In this document: piece by piece, positions 15,158 through 29,347 of the stretch
Numbering within the stretch: position 1 is the first letter of the stretch
Layout: each line of letters starts with the position of its first letter
Source of the DNA: the human T2T-CHM13v2.0 reference genome, Homo sapiens
Assembly (NCBI RefSeq): GCF_009914755.1
Contig: NC_060929.1
Length of the DNA: 64,000 nucleotides
Strand: one strand, 5' to 3'
Notes under the pieces: generated by a model
Databases searched by the model: none
Told to the model about the DNA's origin: nothing
What the model saw: the letters and a program-made list of their open reading frames with translations, nothing else
Program-made: the position numbers and the translations under genes

Positions 15158-15430
15158 TACTTTCTAAAATATATTCTTTGCAATGGTTATTCTGTGGGAT
15201 ATATTATCAAAAGAATCCACAATGTTGTTAGTTTGGGAAACACCATCAAACAGGTCTCTTCACTGTTTGTTGTAGGATTTCTTAGAGACTTCCATATTGT
15301 TAATATCCTAGAAAAGGATTATAGCATACAGTATTTCCCAAACTTTTCTCCAAGAACTTTTTTCCTAGAAACACCTATCTGTGGCTTGATGAATATTAAT
15401 ATTCCACATGAAAAGGTTTGGAAAATGTGG
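15158..15430. mobile_element. MER112-like hAT-Charlie MITE
   Basis: Internally palindromic (agtttgggaaac / tttcccaaact), as in recalled MER112. Confidence 0.6.
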
Positions 15431-15453
15431 CCTTGTGAATGTCAAAAATTTAT

Positions 15454-16070
15454 TGTGTAGTGGAGCACATATTTGCTGCTTTTTGGCTGCTCATCTCCCA
15501 CTTCCTAATAGCACCCTGATTTCCTTTTGAAGAGTCATATATTCCCTTGTGAGTATAGCATTAGCAAGCTAGTAAACTAATATGCGTGCTGTACAAAATG
15601 GAACCAACCAGGTTCAAGGAAACAGTTAAGCCTTGGTGCCTAAGGCAACCATTGCATGTAATTATTTCTCTCCCATGCATGTATCATGGTACTAGTTATT
15701 TACTGTTCTTGGAGGAATTGAGAAAATTGCCACATAAATTATTCTATGATTCAGATGAGGAACCTGCTTGAGAAGCACTGCTACAGATAAAAACTTCCTT
15801 GAGGCTATTTCTGCCAGATTAATGCGTATTGCCCAGGTAAAGCTTGGAGTGGACATATGTCCTAGATTTAGGCAGTTGGTTTCTCTCTCCCAGGATTTTG
15901 AACCTTGAAAAGTGGCAGAATAATAATTAGTTCCTACATGTGTCCATGACTGATTCTTTAGCCTTCACATTGAGTCTATGTCTTGCTAATATCCTTTTAA
16001 AAATTTTATTAATGTTTAAATAGACCAGATTAGGTTTCTCTTGCTTATAATCCATGTTACCATCCTAATA
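15454..16070 (+). mobile_element. Old MLT1-type LTR, interrupted by a MER5-like piece (~15690-15782)
   Basis: Starts tgtgtagtgg...; ends ggtttctcttgcttataatcc...cctaata. Confidence 0.45.
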
Positions 16071-17764
16071 GTAGTTTTCATACAACCAACAATTTGAGAG
16101 TTTTATTTAAAGGACAAGGCAGAAAAAGAAAAACAGACCCAGGTACAATGGGTATAAAAATTAAGTCTGAGAAATAGTTGGATTTTTGTACCACACTTAA
16201 ATTGAACTTGATGTGCTGAATTCTAAGCTCCATTCCTTTCTCTCAGCGAACAAGTCTCTTATCTTCTCTGCTCTCTCTTAACTGATGAAAACAGGCAAAT
16301 ACAATGAGCTGCTAAGTTCATATTTGGGCCTTGGATGAAATAACTATGAATAAAAACACAAAACTTCATACAATTCAGATGTAGATGGCTTTAAAGAATA
16401 AAGGAGAATCAATCTTCAACAAGTGGGGGGAAAAAGGAGAAATCAAGGTGAAGGCATCTATAGAAACAGCTGTCAGGGTATTCATCATGCTAACTGAATC
16501 TTAACAGTGGCTACTTGATGCAGGAGAGAATGAGAAAGGCCTTCAGCAAAAGATGTCTAAAAATACCTAGAACATTTATTTGGATTTTTTAAGCAGACCA
16601 CCTGCTGCTTTATAAGTAATTATTTGTGCTTTAGCAATGAAAGGCAGTTACACTATCAGCAGGGAGGTCTCAATTATACTGCCATCTTCATATTGAATGT
16701 GAGGTTCTCCTTGGAAGCCAAAAAAAAAAAAAAAAAAATTACAAATGTTCCAAACCAGATGTTCACTTTGAAATCAAATAGAGATCTCCCAATTATCCTT
16801 CTTTCATTAATGAAGCTGTAGAGTGTTAGCATGTGGTTTTATAAGCAGGAGGCCATGCAGGAAGTACTGAGTGCCAGGAACATTTCTGCAATGAGCATGA
16901 TGTTGGAGCCATGATGGGGAGGGTGATAAGGGAACTGGGCCCTCTAGACTCATTTATGATTTCTTGAATTTTATCACCATGCTAGTCCAGGAGTTTCTAC
17001 ACTGGCCCAGATAAATGAGAAATTAGCCCCCAAATTACACTTGATTTGCTTTGCCATTTTCTTCACTATAAGGAGAAATATATTGATCATGTTTCTTAAA
17101 ACTAGAGTGTGTTCTTTCCCTTCATAGGGTAGTCTCTGAAGATGAATATGAAAAAATTTCCCTTACAAATACTGATTATCCACATACAAAACAACACCTC
17201 ATATTGATGAGGAAAAATAGTGACACAATTTAAATTAACGTTCTTAGAACAGGTTTCTCATTAAGATTTCAAAAGGTGATTTTCTTATGTTAAAAAAGCA
17301 CATTAGCTGAGAAGTAACAAGCAAGTAATTTATCCAGATCTATTTTATGATGCTTAATTGAAAGTATTTTTCAGTCATCAATTATGTTTGAAAAAAACAA
17401 AAAGAAAAAGAAAATTCCATGTGGCTTAAAAAATGATGCAGATTTTAGATCAGACGTAGGAAATTCTTGCAACTTGCTGGGAGAGTATTTGGAAACTTTA
17501 TTACCACTTAAACTTTTGGCTAGATGGGATCTTTGCTTGCCCAAAGTATCAAAAATAGTTGAAAAATGTTTTGTTGTTTGGACATTTCTTGTTTCACTTT
17601 GTCTTGTTTTACTCTTTTGTGGTGTGTGTGTGCGTGTGATTTATCTTGGAGTGGATGAAAGAAGCATAGTAACTATTATAAATAGTAAATATTAAAGTAA
17701 CATGAATATAGTTCAGTTATATAGACTCACAGTCCTCACAAATTTGGAGGGTTGTGTACAAACT

Positions 17765-18132
17765 TATTTTTATTTTTATTATAAATTTTATTATTTCCAT
17801 AGGTTATTGAGGAACAGGTGGTGTTTTGTTACGTAAGTTCTTTAGTGGTGATTTGTGAGATTTTGGTGCACCAGTCACCCGAGTAGTATACACTGCACCC
17901 AATTTGTGGTCTTTTACCCCTCACTCCCTTCCCACCCTTTCCCCTTGAGTCTCCAAAGTCCATTGTGTCTTACTTATGCCTTTACATCCTTATAGCTTAG
18001 CTCCCACATATGAGTGAGAACATACGATGTTTGGTTTTCCATTCCTGAGTTCCTTCACTTAGAATAATAATCTCTAACCTCATCCAGGTCACTGTGAATG
18101 CCATTAATTCATTCCTTTTCATGACTGAGTAG

Positions 18133-18175
<43 letters not shown>

Positions 18176-21100
18176 CACAGTTTCTTTATCCACTTGTTGA
18201 TTGATGAGTATTTCAGTTGGTTCCACATTTTCATGATTGCAAATTGTGCTGCTATAAACATGAGTGTGCAAGTATCTTTTTCATATAATGACTTCTTTTC
18301 CTCTGGGTAGATGCCCAGTAGTGGGATTGCTGGATCAAACTGTAGCTCTACTTTTAGTTCTTTAAGAAATCTCCACACTGTTTTCCATAGTAGTTGTACT
18401 ACTTTACATTCCCACCGGAAGTGTAGAAGTGTTCCCTGTTCCCCACATCTACATCAACATCTACTGTTTTTTGATTTTTTTTATTATGGCCATTCTTGCA
18501 GGGGTAAGGTGATATTGTATTTTGGTTTTGATTTGCATTTCACTAATTATTAGCGATGTTGAGCATTTTTTCATCTTTGTTGGCCATTTGTATATCCTCT
18601 TTTGAGAATTATCTATTCATTGCTAATTTGTTTGAATTCACTGTAGATTCTGGATATTAGTCCTTTGTCAGATATACAGATTGTGAAGATTTTCTCCCAC
18701 TCTTTGTGTTGTCTGTTTACTCTTCTGACTGTTCCTTTTGACTTGCAAAAGCTCTTTAGTTTAATTAAGTCCCAGCTATTTATCATGGTTTTTGTTGCAT
18801 TTGCTTTTGGGTTCTTGGTCATGAAATCCTTGCCTAAGCCAATGTCTAGAAGGGTTTTTCCAATGTTGTCTTCTAGAATTTTTATAGTTTCATATCTTAG
18901 ACTTAAGTCCTTGATCCATCTTGGGTTGATTTTTGTACAATGCAAGAGATAGTGATCCAGTTTCATTCTCCTACATGTGGCTTCCCAAGTATTCCAGCAT
19001 CATTTGTTGAATAGGGTGTCCTTTCCTCACTTTATGTTTTTATTTGCTTTGTCGAAGATTAGTTGGCTGTAAGCATTAGGGTTTATTTTTGGATTCTCTG
19101 TTCTGTTACATTGGTCTATGTGCCTATTTTTATGCCAGTACCATGCTATTTTGGTGACTATGGCTTTATAGTATAGTTTGAAATCATATAATATGATGCC
19201 TCCAGATTTGTTCTTTTTGCTTACTCTTGCTTTGTCTGTGTGGGCTCTTTTTTGGTTCCATATGAATTTCAGGATTGTTTTTTCTAATTCTGTGAACAAT
19301 GATGGTGGTATTTTGATGGGAATTGTGTTAAATTTGTAGATTGCTTTTGGCCCTATGGTCAGTTTCAAATATTGATTCTATCCATCCATGAGCATGGGAT
19401 GTGTTTCCATTTGCTTGTGCTGTCTATGATTTCTTTCAGCAGTGTTTAATAGTTTTCCTTGTAGATGTCTTTCACCTCCTTGGTTACGTATATTTGTAAA
19501 TTTTTTTTTTTTCAGCTTCTGTAAAAGGGGTTGAGTTCTTGATTTCATTCTCAGCTTGGTTACTGTTGGTGTATAAAAGAGCTACTGATTTGTGTACATT
19601 GATTTTGTAACCGGAAACATTGCTGAATTCTTTTATCAGTTCAAGGAGCTTTCTGGAGGCATCTTTAGGGTTTTCTAGGTAAACAATCATATCATCAGCA
19701 AACAGCAACAGTTTGACTTCCTCCTTATGAATTCGAATGGCCTTTATTGCTTTCTCTTGTCTGCTTGCTCTGGCTAGGACTTCCAATAATATGTTGAAGA
19801 GGAGTAGTGAGCATGGGCATCCTTGTCTTGTTCCAGTTCTCAGAGGAAATGCTTTCATCTTTTCCCATTCAGTATTATGTTGGCTGTGGGTTTACCATAG
19901 ATGGTTTTGATTACATTGAGGTGTGTTCTTTGTATGCCAGTTTTGCTGAGAGTTATAATCATAAAGGGATGCTGGATTTTGTCAAATGCTTTTTCTACAT
20001 CAATTGTGATGATCGTGTGATTTTAGTTTTCAATTCTGTTTATGTGGTGTATCACATTTATTGACTTGAATATGTTAAACCATCCCTGGTATGAAATCCA
20101 CTTCATCATGGTGGATTATCTTTTTTATATGTTGTTGGATTCGGTTAGCTAGTATTTTATTAAGGATTTTAGCATCTATGTTCATCAGGGATGTTGGTCT
20201 GTAGTTTTCTTTTTTGATTATGTCCTTTCCTGGCTTTGGTACTAGGGTAATACCGGCTTCATAGAATGATTTAGGGAGGGTTCCCTCTTTATCTTGTGGA
20301 ATAGTATCAATAGGATTAGTACCAATTCTTCTTTGAATGTCTGGGAGAATTCTGCTGTGAATCTGTCTGGTCCTGGACTTTTTTTGTCTTGGTAATTTTT
20401 AAATTACCATTTCAATGTTGCTGCTTGTCATAGGTCTGTTCAGAGTATCAAATTCTTCCTGATTTAAGCTAGGAAGTTTATATCTTTCCAGCAATTTATC
20501 CCTCTCCTCTAAGTTTTCTAGTTTATGTGCATAAAGGTATTCATGGTAGCCTTGAATAATCATTTGTATTTCTGTGGTGTCAGTTGTAATATATCCCATT
20601 TTGTTTCTAATTGAGCTTATCTGGATTTCCTCTCTTCTTTTCTTGGTTAATCTTGCTAACAAGCTATCAATGTTATTTATCTTTTAAAAAAACCAGCTTT
20701 TTGCTTCATTTCTCTTTTGTATTTTTTGTTTGTTTGTTTCAATTTCATTTAGTTCTGCTCCGATCTTGGTTATTTCCCTTCTTCTGCTGGGTTTGGGTTT
20801 GGTTTGTTCTTGTTTCTCTAGTTCCTTGAGGTGCGACCTTAGATCGTCTGTTTGTATTCTTTCAAACTTTTTGATATAGGCATTTAGGGCTATGAACTTT
20901 CCTCTTAGTGCCGCCTTTGCTGTATTCCAGAGATTTTGATAGGTTGTGCCACTATTGTCATTCAGTTCAAAGAATTTTTTAATTTCAATTAATTTCCAGG
21001 TTATTTAACTTCCATGTATTTGCATGGTTTTGAAGGTTCCTTCTGGAGTTGATTTCCAGTTTTATTCCACTGTGGTCTGAGAGAATACTTGATATAATTA

Positions 21101-21788
21101 TAATTTTCTTGAATTTATTGAGGTTAGTTTTGTGGCCTATCATATTTTCTATCTTGGAGAAAGTTCCATATGCTGTTGAATAGATGTATATTCTGTAGTT
21201 GTTGGGTAGAATGTTCTGTAAATATCTGTTAAGTCCATTTGTTCCAGGGTATAGTTTAAATCCATTGTTTGTTGGCTTTCTGTCTTGATGGCCTGTCTAG
21301 TGTTGTCAGTGGAGTATTGAAGTCCCCCACTATTATTGTGTTGCTATTTATCTCATTTCTAAGGTCTTTTAGTAATTGTTTTATAAATTTGGGAGCTCCA
21401 GTGTTAGGTGCATATATATTTAGGATTGTGGTATTTTCCTGTCGGACAAGGCCTTTTATCATTATATAATGTCCTTCTTTGTCTTTTATAACTGCTGTTG
21501 TCTTAAAGTTTTGTTTTGTCTGATCTAAGAATAACTACCCCTGATTGCTTTTGGTGTCCATTGCATGAAATGTCTTTTTTCATCCCTTTACCTTAAGTTT
21601 ACGTGAGTCCTTATGTGTTAGGTGTGTCTCTTGAAGGCAGTAGGTCTTTGGTTAGTGAATTCTTATTTATTCTGCAATTCTGTATCTTTTAAGTGGAGCA
21701 TTTACATCATTTACATTCAACTTTAATATTCAGATTTGAGTTACCATTCTATTCATTGTGCTATTTGTTGCCTGTATACCTTGGTTTT

Positions 21789-21822
<34 letters not shown>

Positions 21823-22016
21823 ATTTTTGTTTCGTAGGTTCTGTTAAATTTATGCCTTAAGGAGGTTCTGTTTTGATGTGTTTCCAGGATTTGTTTCAAG
21901 ATTTAGAGCCCCCTTCAGCAGTTCTTGTACTGCTGGCTTGGTACTGGCAAGTTCTCTCAGCCTTTGTTTGCCTGAAAAAGACTATCCCTCCTTCACTTAT
22001 GAAGCTTAGTTTCGCT
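17765..22016 (-). mobile_element. L1PB1-like element, 5'-truncated in ORF1, with decayed ORF2
   Basis: L1PB-type 3' UTR (ttctttagtggtgatttgtgagattttggtgcacc); antisense peptides for EN ([28 protein letters not shown]) and RT ([15 protein letters not shown]). Confidence 0.92.
18133..18175. repeat. (GATA)10 tetranucleotide STR inside the L1PB
   Basis: Ten perfect GATA units plus GAT. Confidence 0.95.
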
Positions 22017-22755
22017 TCCCTTCCCTTCCTTCCCTTTCTTGCAGTACCTTTTTCTAGGTTTGGTGTGAGAGTAATGCCAGCCTCATAAAATGAGTTTATA
22101 AGTGCTCCCTCCTCTTCAATTTTTTTGGCAGAATTCGGTATTGAGTTTTTAAATATTTGGTAGAATTTCCTAGTAAAGCCATCAGCGTCTGTTTTTTGTT
22201 ATTTTTGTTGTTGTTGTTGGTGGTGGTGGTGGTGGTGGTAGGTTTCTGACTCGGTCTCTTTACTTGTTATTGGTCTCCAGATTTTTTCTTTTCTCATGAT
22301 TTAGACTTGGTAGTTTATATGTGTCTAGGAATTTATCTATTTCTTCTAGGTTATCTAATTTGTTGGTGTATAATTGTTCATGGTAATCTCTTATGACCTT
22401 TTGTATTTCCGTGATATCAGCTGTGATGTTTCCTCTTTTAGTTCTGATTTTATTTACTTGAGTCTTTTCTCTTTTTTTACTTAGTCTACATAAAGTTTCA
22501 TCAACTTTATCTCTTCAAAAACCAACTATTAGTTTTATTAATCTTTTCCACTGTTTTTCTAGAATTTATTTCATTTACTTCTACTCTGAGATTTGTTATT
22601 TCCTTCCTTTTACTAATTGTGTGCTTAGTTTTTTCTTCTTTCTAGTTACTTAAAGTGTAAAGTTACATTGTTCCTTGAGATCTTTTTTTTTCTTAATGAA
22701 GGCATTTGTTACTACAGACTTCTCTCTTAGAACTACTTTGGTGCATCTTGAAAGA

Positions 22756-23062
22756 TGTTTGTTTGTTTGTTTGTTTGTTTGTTTGTTTTTTGAGACAGAG
22801 TCTCGCTCCGTTGCACAGGCTGGAGTGCAGTGGCGTGATCTCAGCTCACTGCAACCTCTGCCTCCCGGGTTCAAGAAATTCTCTGCCTCAGCCTCCCTAG
22901 TAGCTGGGATTACATGTGCCCACCACCATGCCTTTTTGTATTTTTAGTAGAGAGGGGTTTCACCATCTTGGCCAGGCTGGTTTTGAACCCGTGACCTCAT
23001 GATCCACCCGCCTTGGCCTGCCAAAGTGCTGGGATTACAGGTGTAAGCCACCGTGCCCGGCC
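22756..23062 (-). mobile_element. AluS (Sc/Sg-like)
   Basis: Full dimer with (TTTG)n tail; TSD core tcttgaaag at 22746-22754 and 23065-23073. Confidence 0.95.
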
Positions 23063-23099
23063 TGTCTTGAAAGTTTTGACGTTTCTGTTTGTCACAAGA

Positions 23100-23178
23100 T
23101 TTTAAATTTTTAATTGACATATAACAAGTGTACATATTTATGGGGCACATAGTGATGTTTTGATACATATAATGTATC
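23100..23178 (-). mobile_element. L1MA-type extreme 3' end fragment
   Basis: ttttaattgacatataacaagtgtacatatttatggggcacatagtgatgttttgataca. Confidence 0.75.
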
Positions 23179-23240
23179 AAACCTGCACGTTTGTTACATA
23201 GAACTTAAAGTAAAATTTAATAATAATAATAATAATAAAA
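23178..23240 (+). mobile_element. L1PA extreme 3' end with (TAA)n tail
   Basis: caaacctgcacgtt...agaacttaaagtaaaa followed by an A-rich tail. Confidence 0.75.
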
Positions 23241-23855
23241 CCCAAAAGATTTTGGTGTTTTGCTTTAGACAATAGTTCAACTTACCACTTGACGTCACAG
23301 AAAATACATTAAATAAAAATGTATACTACAACCTAACAAAAACAAAACAAAACAAAAACAAAAAAAAGAGAAATGTCTGTTCAGCTCATTTGCCCTTTAA
23401 TTTTCCTTTTTTTTTTTTTTTTTTTGACACATACATTGGGAAAGTATAGTTGACTACCAATGGCACATTACAAGATTAATTTCCACTATTTGTAAATTTT
23501 CAAGTTTTTCTTCTGTTATTTATTTCTAGTTATGTATCACCTGGTACATATCATAGTTTATACAATTTTGATTTTTCATATATATATATATACAAACACA
23601 CACACACACACACAAACACATATGCACGTACATACATGTATACACATGCACCCACACCCAATTGTTGTATCCTCTTGATTACTCTCTTTATCTTTATATA
23701 ATGACCTTCTTTGTCTGTTCTGACAGTTTTTGACTCAGAGTCTATTTTTTTTTCTGATATAAGTATAGCCACTTTTTCTCTCTTTTAATTGCCATTTGCA
23801 TGGAATACCTTTTCCCATCTCTTCACTTTTGGCCTATATATGTCCTTAAAGCTAA

Positions 23856-24198
<343 letters not shown>

Positions 24199-24599
24199 TG
24201 GATCTTGTTTTTTTTAATCCATTCTGCTACTTTATGTCTTTCACTGGGGATAATCCATTTACATTTTACATAATTACTGACAGATGACTTTAATATTGCC
24301 ACTTTGTTTGTTTGTTTTCCAGTTGTTTTATAGATTTTTTGTTCCTTTCTTCCTCTCTTGCTATCTTTCTTTGTGATTTGATTTTTTTTTTTTGTACTGG
24401 TATGCTCTGATTCCTTTTTCTTAATCTTTCTTATATCTAGTATAGGTTTTTTTTTTTTTTTTTTTTTTTTTTTGGTTACCATTAGGCTAAAACAAAACAT
24501 CATACAGTTGTAACAGTCTATTTTAAGCTGATAACAACTTAACTTTAACTACATATAAAAACTCAACGCCTTAACTTTCCTCCCAATATTGTATGGCTT

Positions 24600-24915
<316 letters not shown>

Positions 24916-25370
24916 TGATGTCACAATTTATGTTTTCTTATATTCTATATTAATTAATAATCAGTTATTTATAATTATTTTATTTTAACTTTTATACTAG
25001 AGTTAAATGTGCTTTACATACTACCATTACAGTATTAGATTATTCTAAATGAGAATATTTTTACCTTTACAGTGAGCTTTATGCTTTTGTATGTTTTTAT
25101 ATAGTTAGTTAATGCCCTCTCTTTTCAATTTGAAGAAGTCCCTTTAGTATTTCTTGCAAGGCAGATATAGTGGTGATAAATTTCCTCAGCTTTTGTTTGT
25201 ATGGAAAAGTCTTTATTTCTTCCTCAGTTCTGAAAGACAGCTTTGCCAGATATTCTTGGTTGGTGGTCTTTTTTTTTTTTTTTCCTTTCCGTACTTGGAA
25301 TATATCATCCACTCTCTCCTGGCCTGCAAGGTTTTGCTGAGAAATCTGCTGATGGTCTTATTACTCCCTG

Positions 25371-25796
25371 TGTCTTAGTCCATTTAGTGTTGCTATAAAG
25401 GAATTATTTAGGCTGGGTAATCCATTATTTTTTTAAAAAAATTATTCCACTCATTGTTCTGCAGGATGTACAAGAAACATGGTGCTGGCATCTGTATCTG
25501 GTGTGGCCTTTGCCTGCTTCCACTCATGGCAGAAGAAGGAGAGCTGGTGTGTGCAGAGATCAGATGGTGAGAAAGGAAGGAAAAGAGAGAGAAGGGATAT
25601 GGCAGGCTCTTTTTAACAATCAGCTTTAGTGGAAACTAATAGAATGAGAACTCACTCCTTGTCATGAGGATAGCACCAAACTATTCATGAGAGCTCCACC
25701 TCCATGACTCAAATATCTCCCATTAGGCCCCACCTCCAATATTGAAAATCAAATTTCAACATGAGGTTCAGGGAGACAAGCATCCAAACTATAACA
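25371..25796 (-). mobile_element. MSTB-like solo LTR
   Basis: tgtcttagtccatttagtgttgctataaagga ... catccaaactataaca. Confidence 0.85.
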
Positions 25797-25992
25797 CCTT
25801 ATATGTGGCAAATTGCTTTTATCTTGTTGCTCTCAAAATTTGCTTTGCCTTTGATTTTTGAGAATTTGATTATGTCTCCATGAATATTTCTTTATGGTTC
25901 ATCTATTTAAAGATCTCTGGGATCCAGATGTTTATTTCTCTCAAGATTTGTGAAGTTCTCTTTCATAATTTCTTTAAAAAAGTTCTCTTCCT

Positions 25993-26321
<329 letters not shown>

Positions 26322-27776
26322 CTACCTCTGGGATTCCCATAATGCATATATCAGTTTGCTTGATGGTATTCTGTAACAATCATAGCCTATCTTCACTCTT
26401 TTTTATTCTATTTATTTATTTGATTCCTCTAAGTAATTTCAAATGACCTGTCTTCAAGCTTACTGATTCTTTCTTCTGCTTGTTCAGGTCTGCCATCAAA
26501 GCATTCTATAACATTTTTCAGTTCAGTCATTATCTTATCTTCTAGAATTTCTATTTGAGTATTTTTTACGGCTTATGTCTCTTTGTTAATCTTTTCATTT
26601 GTCTCTTGTATTGTTCTCCTGATATCATTTAGTTGTCTATCTGTGTTCTCTTGTATCTTTCTAAGCTTCTTTAAGATACTTATTTTGAAGTTTTTGTCAG
26701 GCAATTCATAGATCTTCATGACTTTAAGGTTAGGTCCTGGTACTTTATTTTGTTCCTTTGGTGGTATCATGGTTCCCTGATCATTCCTATTTCTTATGGA
26801 ACTTCATTGGTGCCTGCACATTTGAAAAAGGAGACCTCTTACAGGCTTGCCTGAGCAGGGAACTCCCTATACCAGATTGGTCTCAGCAGGGAAAGAGATC
26901 TGGGTGAGCCAGCTGTTGGAGTCCATAGGTGGGCTTTATTGCTGAATTCCTTGAGTGGGCCAGCCTGTTGCTTGGGTCCACTAGGGTAAGACTGGAACTT
27001 GAGTCTGCATGTGGGCCTGATGGCTGGGTTGGTGGGGATGGGCCTGCAGCATGGTTCCATGGAAACAGGCCCAGAGCTTGTGTTTGCAGGGGCTAACCTG
27101 AAGTCCAGGTCCCTGGGAGCCAGCCTGGCACTGGAATAGGCTTGTAGCCTAAGTCCATGGGAACAGGCTTAAATCTTGGGTCTTCAGGGTCCAGCCTGGA
27201 GCCTAGAACCACATAAGCCAGTCTGGTGCCAGGGTTCACTTTAAAGTCTGTGTTAAAGTCAGGTGCTTCCTTTACTCTCCTTTCCCCAAGAAGGCATTTC
27301 TCTCCAGGCTGCACTGCATAGGCCTGATGGAGGAGTCACACCTGTAATATAAAACTATCCATGCTATCATCTTCAATGACTCAGTTCTTATTTCTGCATT
27401 CCAGGTACTGTAATCTCTTATCTGGACTCCTTAGCTCTTGTAAAGATATTTTCATGCATGGATGGTTGTTCAAATTGATGTTTCTGTGAAGGGATGAACA
27501 CTACATCTTTTCTACATCTTGCTGATGTCACTCCTTTCAATACAGGCTATTTAATATTTGCTGTTAGTGTTATTTTCACTATTCTCCCTCATGGGAAAAT
27601 GAGACCTTTACAAAAAAGCTAATAAAGGGCAAATCTGAATGATGCTCTAAAACTCATATCCTTCTCCATTTGATAGCTTTACAATATTGAGCTCAGCAGG
27701 TCTAGGTTATCTCCCAAGTCTTTCTCATTGCAACAGGGAACTCTTCTACCAGAAAACTTCCATTGTTGCACAGGTG

Positions 27777-27968
27777 CATTGGTGTGGTAATAAATGAGCC
27801 CTCAAAAAAAAAATCCCTGATTTGTGGTGTGCCAGTTCTGAGATATCCATCTTCTCGCTGTGGCCAATATCAAGCTGACAATGTAAAGTCACTGAAAGCA
27901 CTGCTGGGAAGAGACAAACATAATTGGCTTCTCTGATGCAATACAAGACTGCTCCAGCAAACTATTGA
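27777..27968. mobile_element. MER63-like hAT-Blackjack element
   Basis: cattggtgtg...ccctgatttgtgg...tcaagctgacaatgtaaagtcactgaa...ctccagcaaactattg. Confidence 0.65.
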
Positions 27969-29347
27969 AATAGTCACATACATGTTCCCTGCCCTGTACA
28001 TATAACTACGTAGAGCATATGCCAACTCCTCCTCTCTCTTTTAGGTTGTTGACCATGACGTCTATAAAAAAAAAAAAAAAAGCTATATCTGGCCCATGCA
28101 TTGGGAAATCAGAGTTCAAAAGATTGCATTCACTCTATTACTTCTACATTTTCCCCCAATAAATATTATGTTATATTTGCACTGCATGGTGATAATGGCA
28201 TGTGACCATGAGTCCTTTGCATGACAAAAGTAATGTCAGACACAAAGAACACTGGAATTTTAAATATCAAAGTCATATATTTGAGGATGCTATAGATGAA
28301 ATCCTTTAATCATAATCTTAAGAAGTAGATGAATACCTGCTTTACTTCCCAAGCATCACACTTTATAAGGTGGAAGCTTGTAAAGCATTTCTGGAGAACT
28401 TGATTTTCAGCTATAAATCACGTTGGTGTCTTGGTTTCTTATATTTAAAATGACCTCTAGTGTGATCTTTAAGGACACTGCCAGTTCTGACATTTCTGAA
28501 TGCTAACCCATATTCAAGGCATTGCCCTGGTTCATTAAACCCTTTCTCCAAAGGTCCATTTTATTTTAAACATAGAAAAAGCATACCTAGGAACTGTAAA
28601 GTCTAAGGCATTGAATGAAGACTTTTTGTTGTTCTTGTTACTGATTAAATGCATTTGGGAAGAATAGTCTATCAAGAAAAATTATTAGCTTTTTGTACAA
28701 ACTTGAAATGCAGAGTATTAAAAATCTGTCAAATGCAGAACTTTACTGTGCCTTAATCTATACCTTAGTCAATATTCATTAAATGGGTCTCTCACTGTCA
28801 GCAGGTGTGTTCCACCTTGGCACGCACAACTTTTAATTCATTTAACCCAACAATTCCTTTAGCTGCAAGTGATTGCCTTGGCTATAGGCATTTTTGAAAA
28901 GAGCATCAGGGCATGTTTCTTGCCTGATTTAAATTTAAACTTATTTCAAGTTCTCCCTCTCACAGGTTAAATTTCCTCTCAGCTACCTTTGAACTCTTCA
29001 TATCAGCAGGTCCATTCTTGTCAATTGTATTGTCAGATGTCCTTCCAGGAATGGAAGAGGATGGAGAACTTAGGGGCAGATAGTATAGAGATCTGGCCTC
29101 TAGACAGAACATCTAGTTTCCATGATAGTTAATCAAATCATCAGGGGCCCTTCTAAGAAAAGATGGTATGGAACTGGATGGGCTCTAATGCCCTAGCCAG
29201 CTGTCACATTCTGTAAATTTCTAGAGCTCAGGCAGAGGTAATGGATACAGAAAGAATTCTGGATATCTACTTCCCTAGATAATGGTACAGGAAAGTATAC
29301 TACCCTAGGTACAACTGTAAGGAAAATAATACTCAAAATAGATTGGA

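Noticed and set aside
16719-16738. Isolated poly(A) runs (also ~28066-28081, ~45597-45610)
   Set aside because: No TSD, poly(A) signal or recognisable retrocopy upstream
26840-27260. GC-richer degenerate tandem motif region
   Set aside because: Consistent with the repetitive 5' UTR of old L1M elements; not a CRISPR-like or novel array
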